A DNA stretch of 64,000 bases from Prasinococcaceae sp. CCMP 1430. Taxonomy: Eukaryota; Plantae; Prasinodermophyta. The position numbers and the translations under genes were made by a program. The DNA lies in contig RQSC01000003.1 in the NCBI GenBank assembly GCA_013416795.1, positions 204,163 through 268,162 of the forward strand. The letters run 5' to 3'. Shown here piece by piece: positions 10,386-22,492 of the stretch (positions are counted from its first letter, which is position 1; each line of letters opens with the position of its first letter). The notes beneath the pieces are model-generated. The model did not search any database and had not been told where the DNA came from. It saw nothing but the letters and a program-made list of their open reading frames with translations.

Positions 10386-12476
10386 GCGGCGCCCGCCGGC
10401 GGCGTGCCCACCGACCTGCAGGACATCGCGCGGACGGGTACCGCACCGCCGCCGATGTCGGCCGCCGGACTGCACGACGGCGGCGTGCGGTTCTGGTCGC
10501 CAGTGGAGTCGGCCCCGTCGCGCGCGTCCGCCGGCGTGGCCGACGCGCGCCCCCTCCTCGTGCTCGTGCCTGGCATCGACGGCACCGGCTTCGCCGCCTC
10601 CCGTCAGTTCGAGACACTGGGCGAGCTCTTCTCGCTGCAGTGCATGACCATTCCGGCGGCGGACCGCAGCTCGGCGCTCGAGCTTGCGGACGCGCTGGAG
10701 CGCCACTGCCGCGGGCTGCGCGCGTCGTTCCCCGGCCGCCGGATCTACCTCGCGGGCGAGTCCATGGGGGGGCTGCTCGCGCTCCTCGCGGCGAGCAGGC
10801 TGGGCGACGTGGTGTCCCACCTCATTCTGGTCAACCCGGCCTCGAGCTACGCGCGCACGCCGTGGGCCACCGCCGGGCCGCTGCTGCCGCTGCTTCCCGG
10901 CGGGGCGTACGAGGCGCTTCCCCTCGTGCTCTCGCCCATCCTGCTCGACCCCGCGGTGATTGCAGGCTCGGCGTTCGAGGCCGCGTCGGAGGCGGCGGGG
11001 GATGGCGATGGCGTGGACGCCCCGGCGTCCGCGCTTGCGTTCGACGCGGCGGCCGGGGCTCAGAGGATCGGCGCGACGATGTCGGCGTTCCAGGCGACGC
11101 TGCTGGATGCGCTCCCGCGCGACACGCTCGCGCACCGGCTGAAGGTGCTGCAGGCTGGCGCGGATGCGCTGGCCGCCCACCCGGGCGGCCTCGAGAGCAC
11201 GCTCTCGCAGAAGGTGCTGGTGGTAGTCGGTGGGAGAGATGCTCTACTCCCGAGCGTTGAGGAGGGGCAGCGGCTGAAAGCCGCGCTACCGAAGGGCAAC
11301 TGCAAGCTCGTGGAGCTGCCCGAAGTTGCGCACGCGCTGCTGCAAGACCCCAGCGTCAACCTGTCGCGCATTGTGCTCGAGAATGCCTTCTACGCACCCT
11401 CGTCCTCTGGTACGGGTGGGTTCTTCGGCTCCGCCGCCCTCGCGGCGTTCGTACCGCCCTCGGACGAGGACCTTGCCTCGCTCCGCGACGGCCTGCTGGC
11501 GGTGCAGAGGGCGGTGCACGCGCCCGTGTACCTCTCGACACAGTCGGCGGATGGACGCGTGGTGCGCGGTCTGAGCGGCCTGCCCGCAGCGGCCGAGGGC
11601 AGACCCGTCTTGCTCGTTGGAAACCACCAGCTCATGGCAGCAGACCTCGGGCTGCTCATCGACGAGTACGTGCAGCAGAAAGAGGAGTGGCTACGCGGCC
11701 TCGCACACCCCGCGGTGTTCGCGGCGGCGGATCAGCTCGGGGGGGGCGGTAGCGACGCCAGTGATGGCAGTGGCGAGGAGCAGCGCCGCGGAGCTGGCGG
11801 CGGCGCGTTCTTCCGGAGGTTCGGCGCGATGCCTGTGTCAGGCAAGGCCTTGCACGCAGTGCTGGCGTCCGGGCAGCCAGCACTCTTGTTTCCCGGTGGC
11901 GTGCGCGAGGCGTACAAGCGCAAGGGCGAGGCGTACGAGCTCTTCTGGCCTGAGCGAGCCGAGTTTGTGCGCATGGCGGCCAAGTTCGACGCGCTGGTGG
12001 TACCGTTTGCCGCTGTGGGCGTCGAGGACTCGATGGAGATTGTGCTCGACTCGGAGGATCAGCTGTCTCTGCCGCTTGGACTTGGCGAGCGCAACGCGGC
12101 GCGTGCGGAGGCGATGCCAATGGCGCGCGCAGGCGGCAAAGAGGCACAGACCGAGGGCGAGACCTTCTTGGCTCCCGTCGTCAGGCCGACCGAGCCGGAC
12201 AGGTGGTACTTCCGCTTCATGGCGCCGATTGACACGGCAGGGATTGATCACCGTGACGCTGAAGCTGCCAAGGGCGTCTATGAGCAAGTGCGCTCCGAAG
12301 TCGCCGAGGGCATTCGCTACCTGCGCGCCGCGCGCGAGTCGGACGAGCTGCGCTCGGTCGGCGCTCGGGCGGCGTGGAGCGCGCAGCGGGCTGCGGCCGA
12401 TGTGGTGGCGCTCAGGCCGCCGGCGCCTATCGACGCAGCCGACGTCCCCACCTTCGACCTCGAACGACGCTACTGA
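10386..12476 (+). CDS. PES1: Phytyl ester synthase-like esterase/lipase/thioesterase (alpha/beta-hydrolase plus DAGAT acyltransferase); possible first exon from ATG 10273
   Basis: LLVLVPGIDGTG, GESMGG nucleophile elbow, VAHALLQD, VLLVGNHQLMA, LFPGGVREAYKRKGEAY, VPFAAVGVEDS. Confidence 0.88.
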   Translation, partial: AAPAGGVPTDLQDIARTGTAPPPMSAAGLHDGGVRFWSPVESAPSRASAGVADARPLLVLVPGIDGTGFAASRQFETLGELFSLQCMTIPAADRSSALELADALERHCRGLRASFPGRRIYLAGESMGGLLALLAASRLGDVVSHLILVNPASSYARTPWATAGPLLPLLPGGAYEALPLVLSPILLDPAVIAGSAFEAASEAAGDGDGVDAPASALAFDAAAGAQRIGATMSAFQATLLDALPRDTLAHRLKVLQAGADALAAHPGGLESTLSQKVLVVVGGRDALLPSVEEGQRLKAALPKGNCKLVELPEVAHALLQDPSVNLSRIVLENAFYAPSSSGTGGFFGSAALAAFVPPSDEDLASLRDGLLAVQRAVHAPVYLSTQSADGRVVRGLSGLPAAAEGRPVLLVGNHQLMAADLGLLIDEYVQQKEEWLRGLAHPAVFAAADQLGGGGSDASDGSGEEQRRGAGGGAFFRRFGAMPVSGKALHAVLASGQPALLFPGGVREAYKRKGEAYELFWPERAEFVRMAAKFDALVVPFAAVGVEDSMEIVLDSEDQLSLPLGLGERNAARAEAMPMARAGGKEAQTEGETFLAPVVRPTEPDRWYFRFMAPIDTAGIDHRDAEAAKGVYEQVRSEVAEGIRYLRAARESDELRSVGARAAWSAQRAAADVVALRPPAPIDAADVPTFDLERRY

Positions 12477-12644
12477 GCGCTCCGCGACCCCGCCGTCCGA
12501 GCGCCCGCGGTGTCGCCTGCCAGCCCTGCAGCCGCCGCGCACGAGGAGGTGGCATGGCCGTGTTGTACAGTAGGAATTTCATGCTCTGGAAAGAGGCGTA
12601 GCGTGCGCTCGCGCACCCAGGGAACGCACGGTCACTTCGCGCAC

Positions 12645-13688
12645 TCATATTGTGTCCCATCCCGGCCACTCGCCGAGGTCAGCCCCGTCCGCCACGCCTT
12701 CGTCTTCTTCCTCGTCGTACCTCTCGAAGTAGCGCACGTCGCCGTTGTCCTCGAGTGACGGCACCCAGGGGGCCGGCACCTCCTTGCGCTCGAGTTTGGC
12801 CCAGTCGATCTGCGCGAACCACCTGTGTCGCTTGACGTCGCGCCACCCGTCACACCCGTACCCGAGCCGCCGCGAGGGGGTCGTTTGCAGCAGATTCCAA
12901 ATCAGATCACTCGCGTTCTTCGACACGTGCGTGGGTATCTTGTACTTGCAGTCGAGCACTCGCCGGAAGATGGCGCGCAAGCTGTCGCTGTCCGAGCGAC
13001 GAAAAGGGTTCTTACCCACCAGCATCTCGTACACCACCACTCCCAACGCCCAGTAGTCCACCGCGTTGTCGTGCCCCTTGCGCGTAATAATCTCTGGCGC
13101 CTGGTAATCGGGCGTACCGCAGAGCGTGAACGTGCGCGTTGCCACGCGCTTGGAGAAGCCGAAATCCGCAACTTTTAGGTAGCCGTCCTTGTCTATGAGA
13201 AGGTTCTCAGGCTTCAGGTCTCTGTATACGATCCCCTTGGAGTGCATATGTTCGAGCGCGAGCACCACGTTGGCCGCGTAGAAGCAAGCGACGCTGTCCC
13301 GCAGAGTGCCCTTTGCCTCAAGGTACGAGAAGAGCTCGCCCCCGGGGACAAGCTCGAGCGCGAATACGAGCTTCGCGTGGCTCTGGAACGCGCGGTAGAG
13401 ATTCACCGTGAAGGCCGAGTGGTGCACCTCCTCCATTGCGGCTTTCTCGTTGCGTACGTGCTCCGCCTGTCCCATCTGCATGATAGTCGTTTTGTCCATG
13501 ATCTTCAGCGCATATGTCTTCTCCGAGTAGCGATGCCTGGCAAGCTTGACGCGCCCAAACTGACCGCACCCAATTGTGCGGCACACGAGCAGATCCGAGT
13601 ACTCCGGCGGCAGCTCGTCCATGCAGTCCTCGAGCGACTCGACATCTTCGTCTGTTGCTCCGCAAGATGTTGACGGGTGACGAATCAT
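12645..13688 (-). CDS. cAMP-dependent protein kinase catalytic subunit-like (AGC, PKA/PRKX type), intronless
   Basis: GCGQFGRV, YALK, GGELF, YRDLKPEN, DFG, TLCGTPDYQAPE, DYWALGV, HRWF...PAPWVP AGC tail. Confidence 0.92.
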   Translation of the reverse strand: MIRHPSTSCGATDEDVESLEDCMDELPPEYSDLLVCRTIGCGQFGRVKLARHRYSEKTYALKIMDKTTIMQMGQAEHVRNEKAAMEEVHHSAFTVNLYRAFQSHAKLVFALELVPGGELFSYLEAKGTLRDSVACFYAANVVLALEHMHSKGIVYRDLKPENLLIDKDGYLKVADFGFSKRVATRTFTLCGTPDYQAPEIITRKGHDNAVDYWALGVVVYEMLVGKNPFRRSDSDSLRAIFRRVLDCKYKIPTHVSKNASDLIWNLLQTTPSRRLGYGCDGWRDVKRHRWFAQIDWAKLERKEVPAPWVPSLEDNGDVRYFERYDEEEDEGVADGADLGEWPGWDTI

Positions 13689-14542
13689 GCAGGCCTGCCG
13701 ACGTGCCAGCCCGGCGCCTTGAGCGCGGTCCTTCACGAGTGACGTCGGGCACGCAGGGCGGGGGAGGAGGCGGACGCGGAGGAGATGGAGGTGGAAGTGT
13801 GACCCTTGGATCAGCATCGCTCCTCCCCCCCCCCCCCTTCATCTCCCACCCCGACTTTAGGCCACTTCCGCCCCGTCACCCCCCCTCCCCCGAGGCTCTC
13901 GAACACCGAGCACCTGCCGTCCCGCGCCGCTCGGAGTTCCCCCTTGTTGCTTGCTGGGGCGTGAGTGCCGCGCGATCCGTTTCATCAGGCTCGGACGCGT
14001 GTTGCCCGCTGCACCCGCCCCGCGGCCCCGCACCGAAGGGCGCGTTCCCCGGCGCGCGCGCGCGCGCGCGTTCGAGCCTGAAACGGATCACAGGCTCGAA
14101 CGTTTCTTGATTGCATCGACAGTACATGTACCTGGGTACCAACCCCAAACCAAGAGAGGGTGTGACCTGCCAAACATTCCCATCAACCCGCTTTCGAATT
14201 CCGATAAAATAAACCCTATTTATCAAACCCTTATTTCGTTTCCAGGGGGGGGGGGGGAACTCGCTCTGAGCGCGTGCGTCCGGCCGAGGCGGCGCCGTCA
14301 CGGCGCGCCGGCGCGCGCGGGCGCTACCAGCCGGCCCCCGCAGGGCAGCCGACACGCGCGCGGGCCACGGCGGCGGCAGGGGGCCGGCTGGCCCGCTCGC
14401 GCGCCGTGGTATCCCCTCCCTTGCACCCATCTCGGGCCGGCTGGGCGAGGCAGGGGATGGCGCGCGCGGCACATTCGCGCGCGGGCGCGCAGGCGGCGGA
14501 CCGAGAGGGGTGCGGCAGGGTGCGGCGCGCCAGCGAATTGGA

Positions 14543-16530
14543 ATGGGGCCACCCAGCAAAGGCTTCGCTAAGGAGCTGACGCCTGCCCTCACGAAGAGGG
14601 ACGTGTCAAAGAGGGCCGGGACACGGACGCGAAACAGCACGAAGGGCGGCGACCCGTACGCCTACAGTCGCGTGTGGTCGAAAGAGGCGTACGGCGGCGA
14701 GTACCACGTCGCGCGCTCAATGGATGGCGCCGATGCGATGGTGGAGAACGCCAAAGAGGTGGAGCTTGGCTACGAAAAGCCAGTGGGTGGCCTCACGACC
14801 AACTTCGTAGGAAATCACATGACGCAAGGCGCGATCGATCTCGTGCAAGCCGAGCTTAACAGGCCCGACCCGTACTACGAAGCGCGCGCGCTCGGCGCGG
14901 CTGCATCGCAGCAGCAGCAGTACGCGCTGCCTCAGCGCGTCGACGGCGACGGCGCAGGGGCAGGCGCGCCGCTTCCCGAGGCCGTGATAGCGCCAGAGGC
15001 TTTCACCTGGGTGGACATGTGCTCGCGAGTGGTTGTGATCGTTCCTGAGCCGCGCGCGGCAGGTGCTGGGTTCGAGCTGCTGTGTGCCGACTTCAGCATG
15101 CGGGCGTGCAAGGTGGAGTGGCGCACCGCCGGCAACAAGCTCGTGCGCTTCCAAGTGCGGGACGCGTATGGCGCGCTCGACGCAGCGAGCTGCAGCGCCG
15201 CACCAAAGGCAGCCGCGGCCGAGGATGGCGGGGAGGTGATAATCACGCTTGCCAAACTCGGGGGTGGTATGAGGAGTGCTGGCGGCGTGTGCGGTGCGGA
15301 TTGCGCTGATGGCAGTGAGGGGGTCATCGGCAGCGCTTCGCCGCGTGGCGCTGATACATCGACGAGTCGAGTTTGGAAGGCTCTCGAACGACCATCCGCC
15401 ATAGTAGCGGTGCCTGCAAGTCGACGAGGAGGAGTCAGCAAGCCCACGGTCGACGCGCGAGCCCTGCGCCGCAGCCTAAAAGCGGCGCGCGCGGCGCGCA
15501 AGAGCACAGGCGTGCGGCCCGCGGCCGATGGCAGTGACGCTGCGGTCGCTGAGGCGATGGCCGAGGCTGCAAAGATAGCCGCGGGGAGCACTACGCCGCT
15601 CCTCCCGTGTTCGGGCGGTGACAAGACTGGGGAGGCGCCTGGTGCGGACGAGGGCGAAGTGCCCAAAGGGTATTCCGTTGAAAGCGCCAAGGCGGAGGGA
15701 AACAAGCTGTTCTCGTTGGTGCGTCAGCGCGCGCGAGTGGGCACGTTCCTCATGCCCACATTAATGCTCACATGCGCCGCCTGCGACGCTGACAATGGCA
15801 CGTGCGCTTGTCAATCCGCCCGGCTGCTTCCGCCGCTACAAATGCGGCATTCAAGGGAGATTACGACGGTGCCGTGCGCCGCTACACATGGGCTCTGCGG
15901 CTCAGTGACGTCGACCAAAAGCCACTCGGCGCTGTGGGCGCCGACGATGCCCCCGGCACGGCCGATGCGTGCGACGGGACTGCAGCATTGCGCTGCACGC
16001 TTCTCATCAACCGCGCCACTGCGATGGCACAACTCGGCGCATTCGATGCCGTGGAGGCGGACTGCACGCGTGCACTCGCAATCGTTCCCCGCTCAGCAAA
16101 GGTAGGCACTTGCGAGCGTCATCGCCGCACCACATCTGCCCTATGTTTTAGCTCCGTCTGACGCCCGAGGCTTTGACGAATCTCTCTGACGAATGCGCAG
16201 GCTCTGTTGCGCCGTGCACTTGCCCGCGAGCAGACTGAACGCTTTGAGGATGCCATTGCAGACGCCCGGGCGGTGCTTGAGACCCTCCCTTCAGAGCGCC
16301 GCGCTAGCGAGCTGCTGCACCGCTGTGCCAAGGTTATGGACTCGGAGCGCCGACGACTAGAGCGTATCGCCAGCCGCCGCGCCGAACTCAGCGAGGAACA
16401 CCTCAAGCAGGTGCGCCACGCGGTGAGACGCATCCAGCTGTCGGGGGAGACGGAAGAGGTCATCTCAAAAGACGAAGAGGGCAGCTTTTTCAACACAAAG
16501 CCTGGGAAGCGACCAGGAGCTATCATCTGA
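14543..16530 (+). CDS. CS(p23-like)-domain plus TPR co-chaperone-like protein; exons 14543-15718, 15856-16101, 16201-16530
   Basis: FTWVDMCSRVVVIVP...L.KL CS-like segment. Splicing gives AKAEGNKLFSL|GDYDGAVRRYTWAL and NRATAMAQLGAFDAVEADCTRALAIVPRSAK|ALLRRA, classic TPRs. Confidence 0.75.
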
Positions 16531-16603
16531 GCGCTAGTACTTGCAGTACATCAAAGTAAATCACAGTGTACACGTTACATACAGCATGCTCTTCGAGCTA
16601 TGA

Positions 16604-19248
16604 TCATTGCCCTCCAGAGCTGTCAGTCTCCGCGTCAGATCCGTCATCGGTGCTCTCGCCCGCTGCACTGTCCCAGACCGCACTGAGCAGCGCCCAGCGC
16701 TCGAGGCCTACCTCGATTGCGCCCAGCGACGCTTCAAGACGTTGTACGACTCGGTTGAGTCGGAGCGGCATCATGCCCCCATGCTTCGCCAGGGCCACCA
16801 GCACAGCCGCGGAGTCGCCAGCGGGGAATCTGTGCACCTCCGAGACGAACTCGGTAGGCGACATTTCCGGCCCGAGAGTCGCGGCGTCGGCTGCCTCCAC
16901 GCTGAACACAGCTTTCTGCTCTCGAAACGAGGCGGTGTTCATGGCGCCGCAAGTGCACATGGGGAAGACTGGACCCGCTGCTGCTCCATTCCGCTCATTG
17001 CCCTCCGGGCTGCCCTTGGTATTCCCCTCGGCCAATCCCGACGCCCTTGCGCTCTGGTCGTCGCCGCTCTGGATACCACCATCTTGGCCGTCCTCAGGAC
17101 CACTGTCGTTGCTCTCCGAGCCGCTGCCACTGCTCCCCGAGCCATCCGCATCGCTGCTCTGCGCGCTGGCACCATCGCTGCTCTCCGAGCCACTGCCGCC
17201 ACTGTTCTCAGAGCCTGCTCGATCGCCTCGCTCTGAGGTCACAATCGCGCGTTGCCTCCTAGAGAGAGTGGCGGCATGTGCCTTGAAACTCCGGTACAGC
17301 ACCTTTGAGAGCTGAGTCATCCTCTTGCTGCTGCCTGGCTTGCGGTGCATGTACATTTTCAAGCGCCTGTTGAAATGCACCCGTTTGCACGCTTGCACGT
17401 ACGTCTTGAGCTCGTCGGCGCCCAGCGCTGCAGTGGGCGCATTTGCGAGGCGTTCTGCTTGATGGAAGGCGCGCATTTGCACCTCACGCGACCACAGTGC
17501 CCAGCTCCACCGCTCAGGATATACACCCACTCGCGAAAGAGGACAGCTGTCACTGTGCGCCCACCCGTCGTTCTCTCCTCGAGGACAGTCAATCTGACAC
17601 ATCAGCTTGAGGCAGATGCAGATGCAGGCAAGCGCGCACTCGTGTGGCATGGGCATGAGCGCATCCTTGATGTTCTCGCGCGTACCCGGCGGTGGCGCCT
17701 TCGCTCTGTGCGGGTCGTCGTCGTCGTCATCGCTATCGGCGAGCGGCAATCCGCGCGTATTGGCGTCATCGTGGTAGGTTCCAAGAGTAATGTCGGGCAA
17801 AGCGATCAAAGTGAGCAGGTTTTTCGATGCGTTCGCAAAGCTCTCGGGCAGGCCGAGCTCCTCAACGAACCTCCCGTTGAGAGCCACCATGTTCGCCGGT
17901 GGCATGGCGATTCGAGCGACAGCAGCCATGTGCGACGCCAGCTCGTAGAGGCGTCGGGGTGTCGGTAGGTGGTCGAATGTCGCCCGGAGGTGATTACGGG
18001 CAATCTCGCAGTCCTCCTTGAGCTCCTCCGCGTTGCCCTCTGGTTCACCAGGTACGCGGCCTTCGAAGTCTCTGTACGGCATGTGTCCGAGGACGCACAT
18101 GTCTAGCAAGTCACCAGGGGTGATGGGCTCGCGGAGCCATACGCATGCCGCATATATCGCAGCCAGCGTCAATGCCGAAGGCAGCGAGTCGCTGAGGTCG
18201 TACCTCTGGTACTGAAAAGGTCCCCTGTGCGCGCCACGTGCGCACATAAGGCCGCGTGAGCACGTGCGTACGAACTCGGCCAGCGCGGCAGCGGTCGAGC
18301 GACCTATACGCGGGCGCGCTGGGCATACCTTCCCTCCCGTATAACCTTCCCATTAGCATCGACCACCTTCACTGCCTGTTTCTTCGATGTCTGGCCCTGA
18401 TCGAACTCGGACAGATACTCGAACATGGGAGGCTCGGGCTCGTCATCTCTGCTCTCATGGACGTCGAAGCTCACACGGCGTTCTCCACGCCCTGTGACTC
18501 CTACATCCTCCTCTCCACTGCCCACTCCTCCGCTCTCATTGCCTTTGTCTCTTAATTTCCCGCCGCTGGCGCCGCCGGTGCCGCCGCTGGTCCCGCTTGT
18601 GCCGCCACTGGTCCCGCTGGTGTCGCTGCTGGTGTCGCTACTGCCGCCGCTGATGTCGCTTTCTTTGGCCTCGCCATCCACGTCGTCGCTTTCCTTGGCC
18701 TCGCCATCCGCGTCGCCAGCACTGCCTCCCGCGGCGCTGCGGCTCCGCACGCGATCATAGCGAGCAAGCTCCTCTGACCGCAGAGCATGGAAGGCCTTTG
18801 CCGCTGTTGCGCCCGCCTGCAGCTCAGAGATGAAGACCCGCTTGTGTAGCTTACCTCGGTTGAGATAGCGCTTGAAGAACGCCATCGCATTCTCGCGCAG
18901 GTCGGGCCTCGCGAGCTCCGCCCCAACAACGGCGTCCACCTGCACGCACAGCAGCCGCGCGAGCGTGCGGCAGCGCGACGCCACGACGACACTCGCAGGG
19001 CGGTCCTCTCGCCTACGCCGTTTCGCGCCCTTCCTCGGCGCCTGCTGGCCGGTGAGCGCTGCGAGCCCGGCCTGTGAGCCCTCAATGACAGTCCCGCGGC
19101 GCTGGCTGGGGCCGCCCTCGCCAGCGGGCACATCATCGGCGGCCTCCTGCACGAAACCCGCCAGCTGCGTACCGCAGTCCAGACACGAGAGCGTCCCAGC
19201 GCTCGTCTGCACGAGGCGCGTTGAGAGGCACGCATGGCACACGGGCAT
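16604..19248 (-). CDS. TAF1B: RNA polymerase I initiation factor TAF1B/Rrn7-like; intron 18328-18225
   Basis: N-terminal Zn ribbon CHAC...CLDCG; LTLAAIYAACVWLREPITPGDLLDMCVLGHMPY cyclin-fold block; phase-2 GT-AG intron joins the two ORFs. Confidence 0.8.
18655..18714. repeat. 30-bp tandem duplication (2 copies, 2 mismatches) within TAF1B low-complexity insert
   Basis: gtcgctttc(t/c)ttggcctcgccatcc(a/g)cgtc twice, encoding DGEAKESD repeats. Confidence 0.8.
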
Positions 19249-19413
19249 GATGCCGCAAGCCCGCCCGCCCACCCGCCCGCCGGCGCACCTTTCACTCGTG
19301 CGCGAGCGTGCGCGCGCGCGCCGTGAGGCCACACAGNGCGAGCGCGACCCGCGCGGCGGGCTCTGCCGCGCCGGCGCGCGCGGCGCTGTTGGCTGTGCGC
19401 CGACATCTTTAGA

Positions 19414-21302
19414 TTACACCAGTGCCTCGCCATCGTCTTCGTCCTGGAAGGCCTCATCGTCGAGGTCCTCATCGTCAGCATTCGATTCGCCCTCGACGTC
19501 CTCCTCCTCCTCCTCGTCCTCGGCCTCGTCGTCGTCGCTGTCTTCGTCGTCCTCGTCGGTGTCGGCGGCGACCACGAGGCTGTCGTCCGCCTCGTCGAGG
19601 CCCAGCTCCCTGGCGACCAGCGCATCATCGCCAACGACGGCGGCCGCATCTTCCTCATCCTCTTCGTCGTCTTCGTCCTCAATGACGGGGTCTTCGTCCT
19701 CCTCGGTGACCGCGCCGCTGTCCGTGCCCACGTCAGGGAGAAGCGCGTCGCTCCACGCCACGATGAGCTCGCGCACGTCCGGCACGAGCTCGCGCAGCTT
19801 GACGTCCGCGGATGACTCCGCCACGGACACGCGATAGCGAAGCGCCAGCGTGTCCGCGTCTGCGCCCTCATCGTGTGCCACGCCGCACACGCCCAGCAGG
19901 TGCGACAGCAGGCGCCGCCGCACGTCGGGGAGCACAGAGTTGTTGACCTCGGGGAAGGCGGCGAAGATGTGCGCCGCCACCACCGCGTCCGTTTCGGGGT
20001 CGTACGCAAATTCGACGCGCGAGCCGTCCTCGCGATAATCCTGCGCGAACGGGTTGTCGTCGAGCTCCCACGGCTCGATGCGGCTTGTGTCGTCCGCCGG
20101 GTCGAGCGGTCCCTCGTCCTCCTCTGCGTCCTCGTCGATGTACTCGCCGGTGGTGGGATCCACCAGCGGGTAGAGGTCGCCCTCGGCGATGTCTCCAACC
20201 TGGTTGACCCACGCGAGCATTTCCCCGCGCGTGAGCATGCGCTCCGGATTGTTCCACACGGTGGGGATGAGAAGGTTGCGCGGGCCGCCCTCGTCGCGGT
20301 CGTAGTGGTCGCGCCAGAAGGCGCCAAACCAGTCGGGCGGAAGGCACTGCTTCGCCGCGCGCAGGTGCGCCGCCGGCACTGCGCTCGGCGCGTCCTCCAC
20401 CACGCAGCTCACGTCCTCCTCGAGGACGCGCACGCGCGGCGTGGGATCGCCGATCTCCACGCTGTGGTACTCGCGCGGGCCCCGCCCGGGGAAGCTGAAG
20501 GTGGGCGTGAGCGGGTCTGTGCACCAGAAGGCCTCGCGGCCCATGTCGAGCGTCTCCGCGAAGCCGCCCACGAGCGGCTGGCTGTGCTCGCCCACGAAGC
20601 CGTACTTCCACCGCCCCGGCGCCATCTGCACCTCGCCCGCGAACAGCCTCTCGCGCACGGGCGCCAGCGGCACCGCCACCCCCCAGTTGTTGAAGTCGCC
20701 CAGGCAGTACACTCGCTCTATCGACGGGTCCTCAACGCGCACCCACACAGGCACCCACACCCACTTGGTGCCGCCGTGGTACGTCTCCGTGTAGTCGCGC
20801 TCGCAGCCCTCCAGGTGTCCGTACACGCTCAGGAAGCCGTCGGCGTCGTAGTCCACGAAGCACTGCAGCATGGCGTCGCGCGCCTCCACGCTCAGGAAGG
20901 CCACCTCCACGTGGCGCGCCTGCTGCGGCGTGAGGTGCGCGGCCTGCGCCGGCGTGAGGTGCGCCAACTGCTCGTGTGACAGCGAGCGCAGCTCGGGCGG
21001 CGTGAGGGCGCGGATGTGTTCCAGGCTCAGCTGCGACACCTGCTCGTTGGTCCAGCGGCGCACCTCGCGCACCTCCGGCGTGTAGAAGTGTTTCATGATG
21101 GTGGCGTCTTCGTCATGGTTGAACCACTCCATGGGCAGGAAGAGCTCGTGCTCGGGGCGGTGAAAGCCGGTGCGCTCCTGGTAGCGGCTCAGCTCCTGCC
21201 ACGTCAGGCGCCGCTCGCGCGGGAGAATCACCCTGTCGCGCGCCACGGGCGCGGCGCGGAGCGAGCGCAGCCGCGCGGCGGTGGCCGCGCCCGCCCGTCG
21301 CC
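19414..21302 (-). CDS. Uncharacterised protein with short helical repeats, CBM48/AMPK-beta-like glycogen-binding domain and long acidic tail; 5' end in gap
   Basis: VYCLGDFNNWGVAVPL...MAPGRWKYGFV matches the CBM48/E-set signature; LTPPEL/LTPAQA/LTPQQA repeats; D/E-rich C-terminus. Confidence 0.75.
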
Positions 21303-22095
21303 NNNNNNNNNNNNNNNNNNNNNNNNNNNNNNNNNNNNNNNNNNNNNNNNNNNNNNNNNNNNNNNNNNNNNNNNNNNNNNNNNNNNNNNNNNNNNNNNNN
21401 NNNNNNNNNNNNNNNNNNNNNNNNNNNNNNNNNNNNNNNNNNNNNNNNNNNNNNNNNNNNNNNNNNNNNNNNNNNNNNNNNNNNNNNNNNNNNNNNNNNN
21501 NNNNNNNNNNNNNNNNNNNNNNNNNNNNGGCGAGCCGCGGGCGCCCGCGCGCGCGCGCGCCGCCGCCGCCGGCCCGAAACCCTCTTCGCCGTCCATCAAT
21601 CTCAATCTGAAAAAGAGGGCGCCCATCGGAACGAAGGCGAAAGAAAAAACAAAAACATCAAAAAGTAAAAAGAAAAAATACTGCGTATGTACGTACGTAT
21701 GTACTGTACAAAAACAAAGGCGAGCGTTCATAAAAATCGTCGCCCTCGCCATGCGGATTCACGCCCGCCTAACAATTCGTTCCGAGCGCGCGCCGCTCGG
21801 CCGGGGCGCGCGGGTTTGAGGGCGCCGCGGATGGAGGCTCGAGCGAGGGACGGGGCGCGGCGGGGGCGCGCGTCGTCGAAACGGGGGTGGGCGCCGCGCG
21901 CGCGTTACTTACTGTAGGGTTCGCGCGGCGTCCCCTGGCCCGGTGACCCTGTTCCGCGCCGCCCGACCCCAAACGCGCCCCGAAATTGCCAACCTGAACC
22001 TGCCGACGGCGCGAGGAATGCGGGCCGGCGCTCCTGTGCCTGCGTGCGTGCGCGCGTGTGCGCGTCTGCGCGTCTGCGCGTCTGCGTGCCTGTGT

Positions 22096-22150
22096 CTGTG
22101 TGCGTGTGCGTGTGCGTGTGCGTGTGCGTGTGCGTGTGCGTGTGCGTGTG
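22096..22150. repeat. (TGTGCG)n hexamer microsatellite
   Basis: About 8-9 tandem units read directly. Confidence 0.9.
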
Positions 22151-22492
22151 CCTGAGTGTGCGTGTGCCTGTGCGTGCGTGGCTGGCCCGCATGGAGGCCT
22201 GGGGGGCCGGCCAGGGGCCCCTGCCTGCGTGGTCGCCCGCCGCGCGTGTGGATACGCGAAGTCCCAGACCGGGCTAGAGATTCGGTCGTGACGTGGCACG
22301 CGCCCCTCGCGACGGTGCGCGGGCGCCGCGACCGGATCAGCCCCCCCCATCGTGCCGGATTCGAGGCGTTTGGTGGCGTTTCGGCACGCGCGCATTTGAG
22401 GTTTTTATGTATAGGGTTTGTGGCGTACGTCAGTCCGCACCGCGCGCGCCGCGCGCGCGCTGAGTCGCCGCCGGCGCGCGCCAGCCGCGNCG

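Noticed and set aside
22044-22291. Cys-Val, Arg-Val and His-Thr repeat 'proteins' and a possible CRISPR-like array (also 51932-52130)
   Set aside because: These are translations of (TGTGCG)n microsatellites, with no unique spacers and no cas genes.
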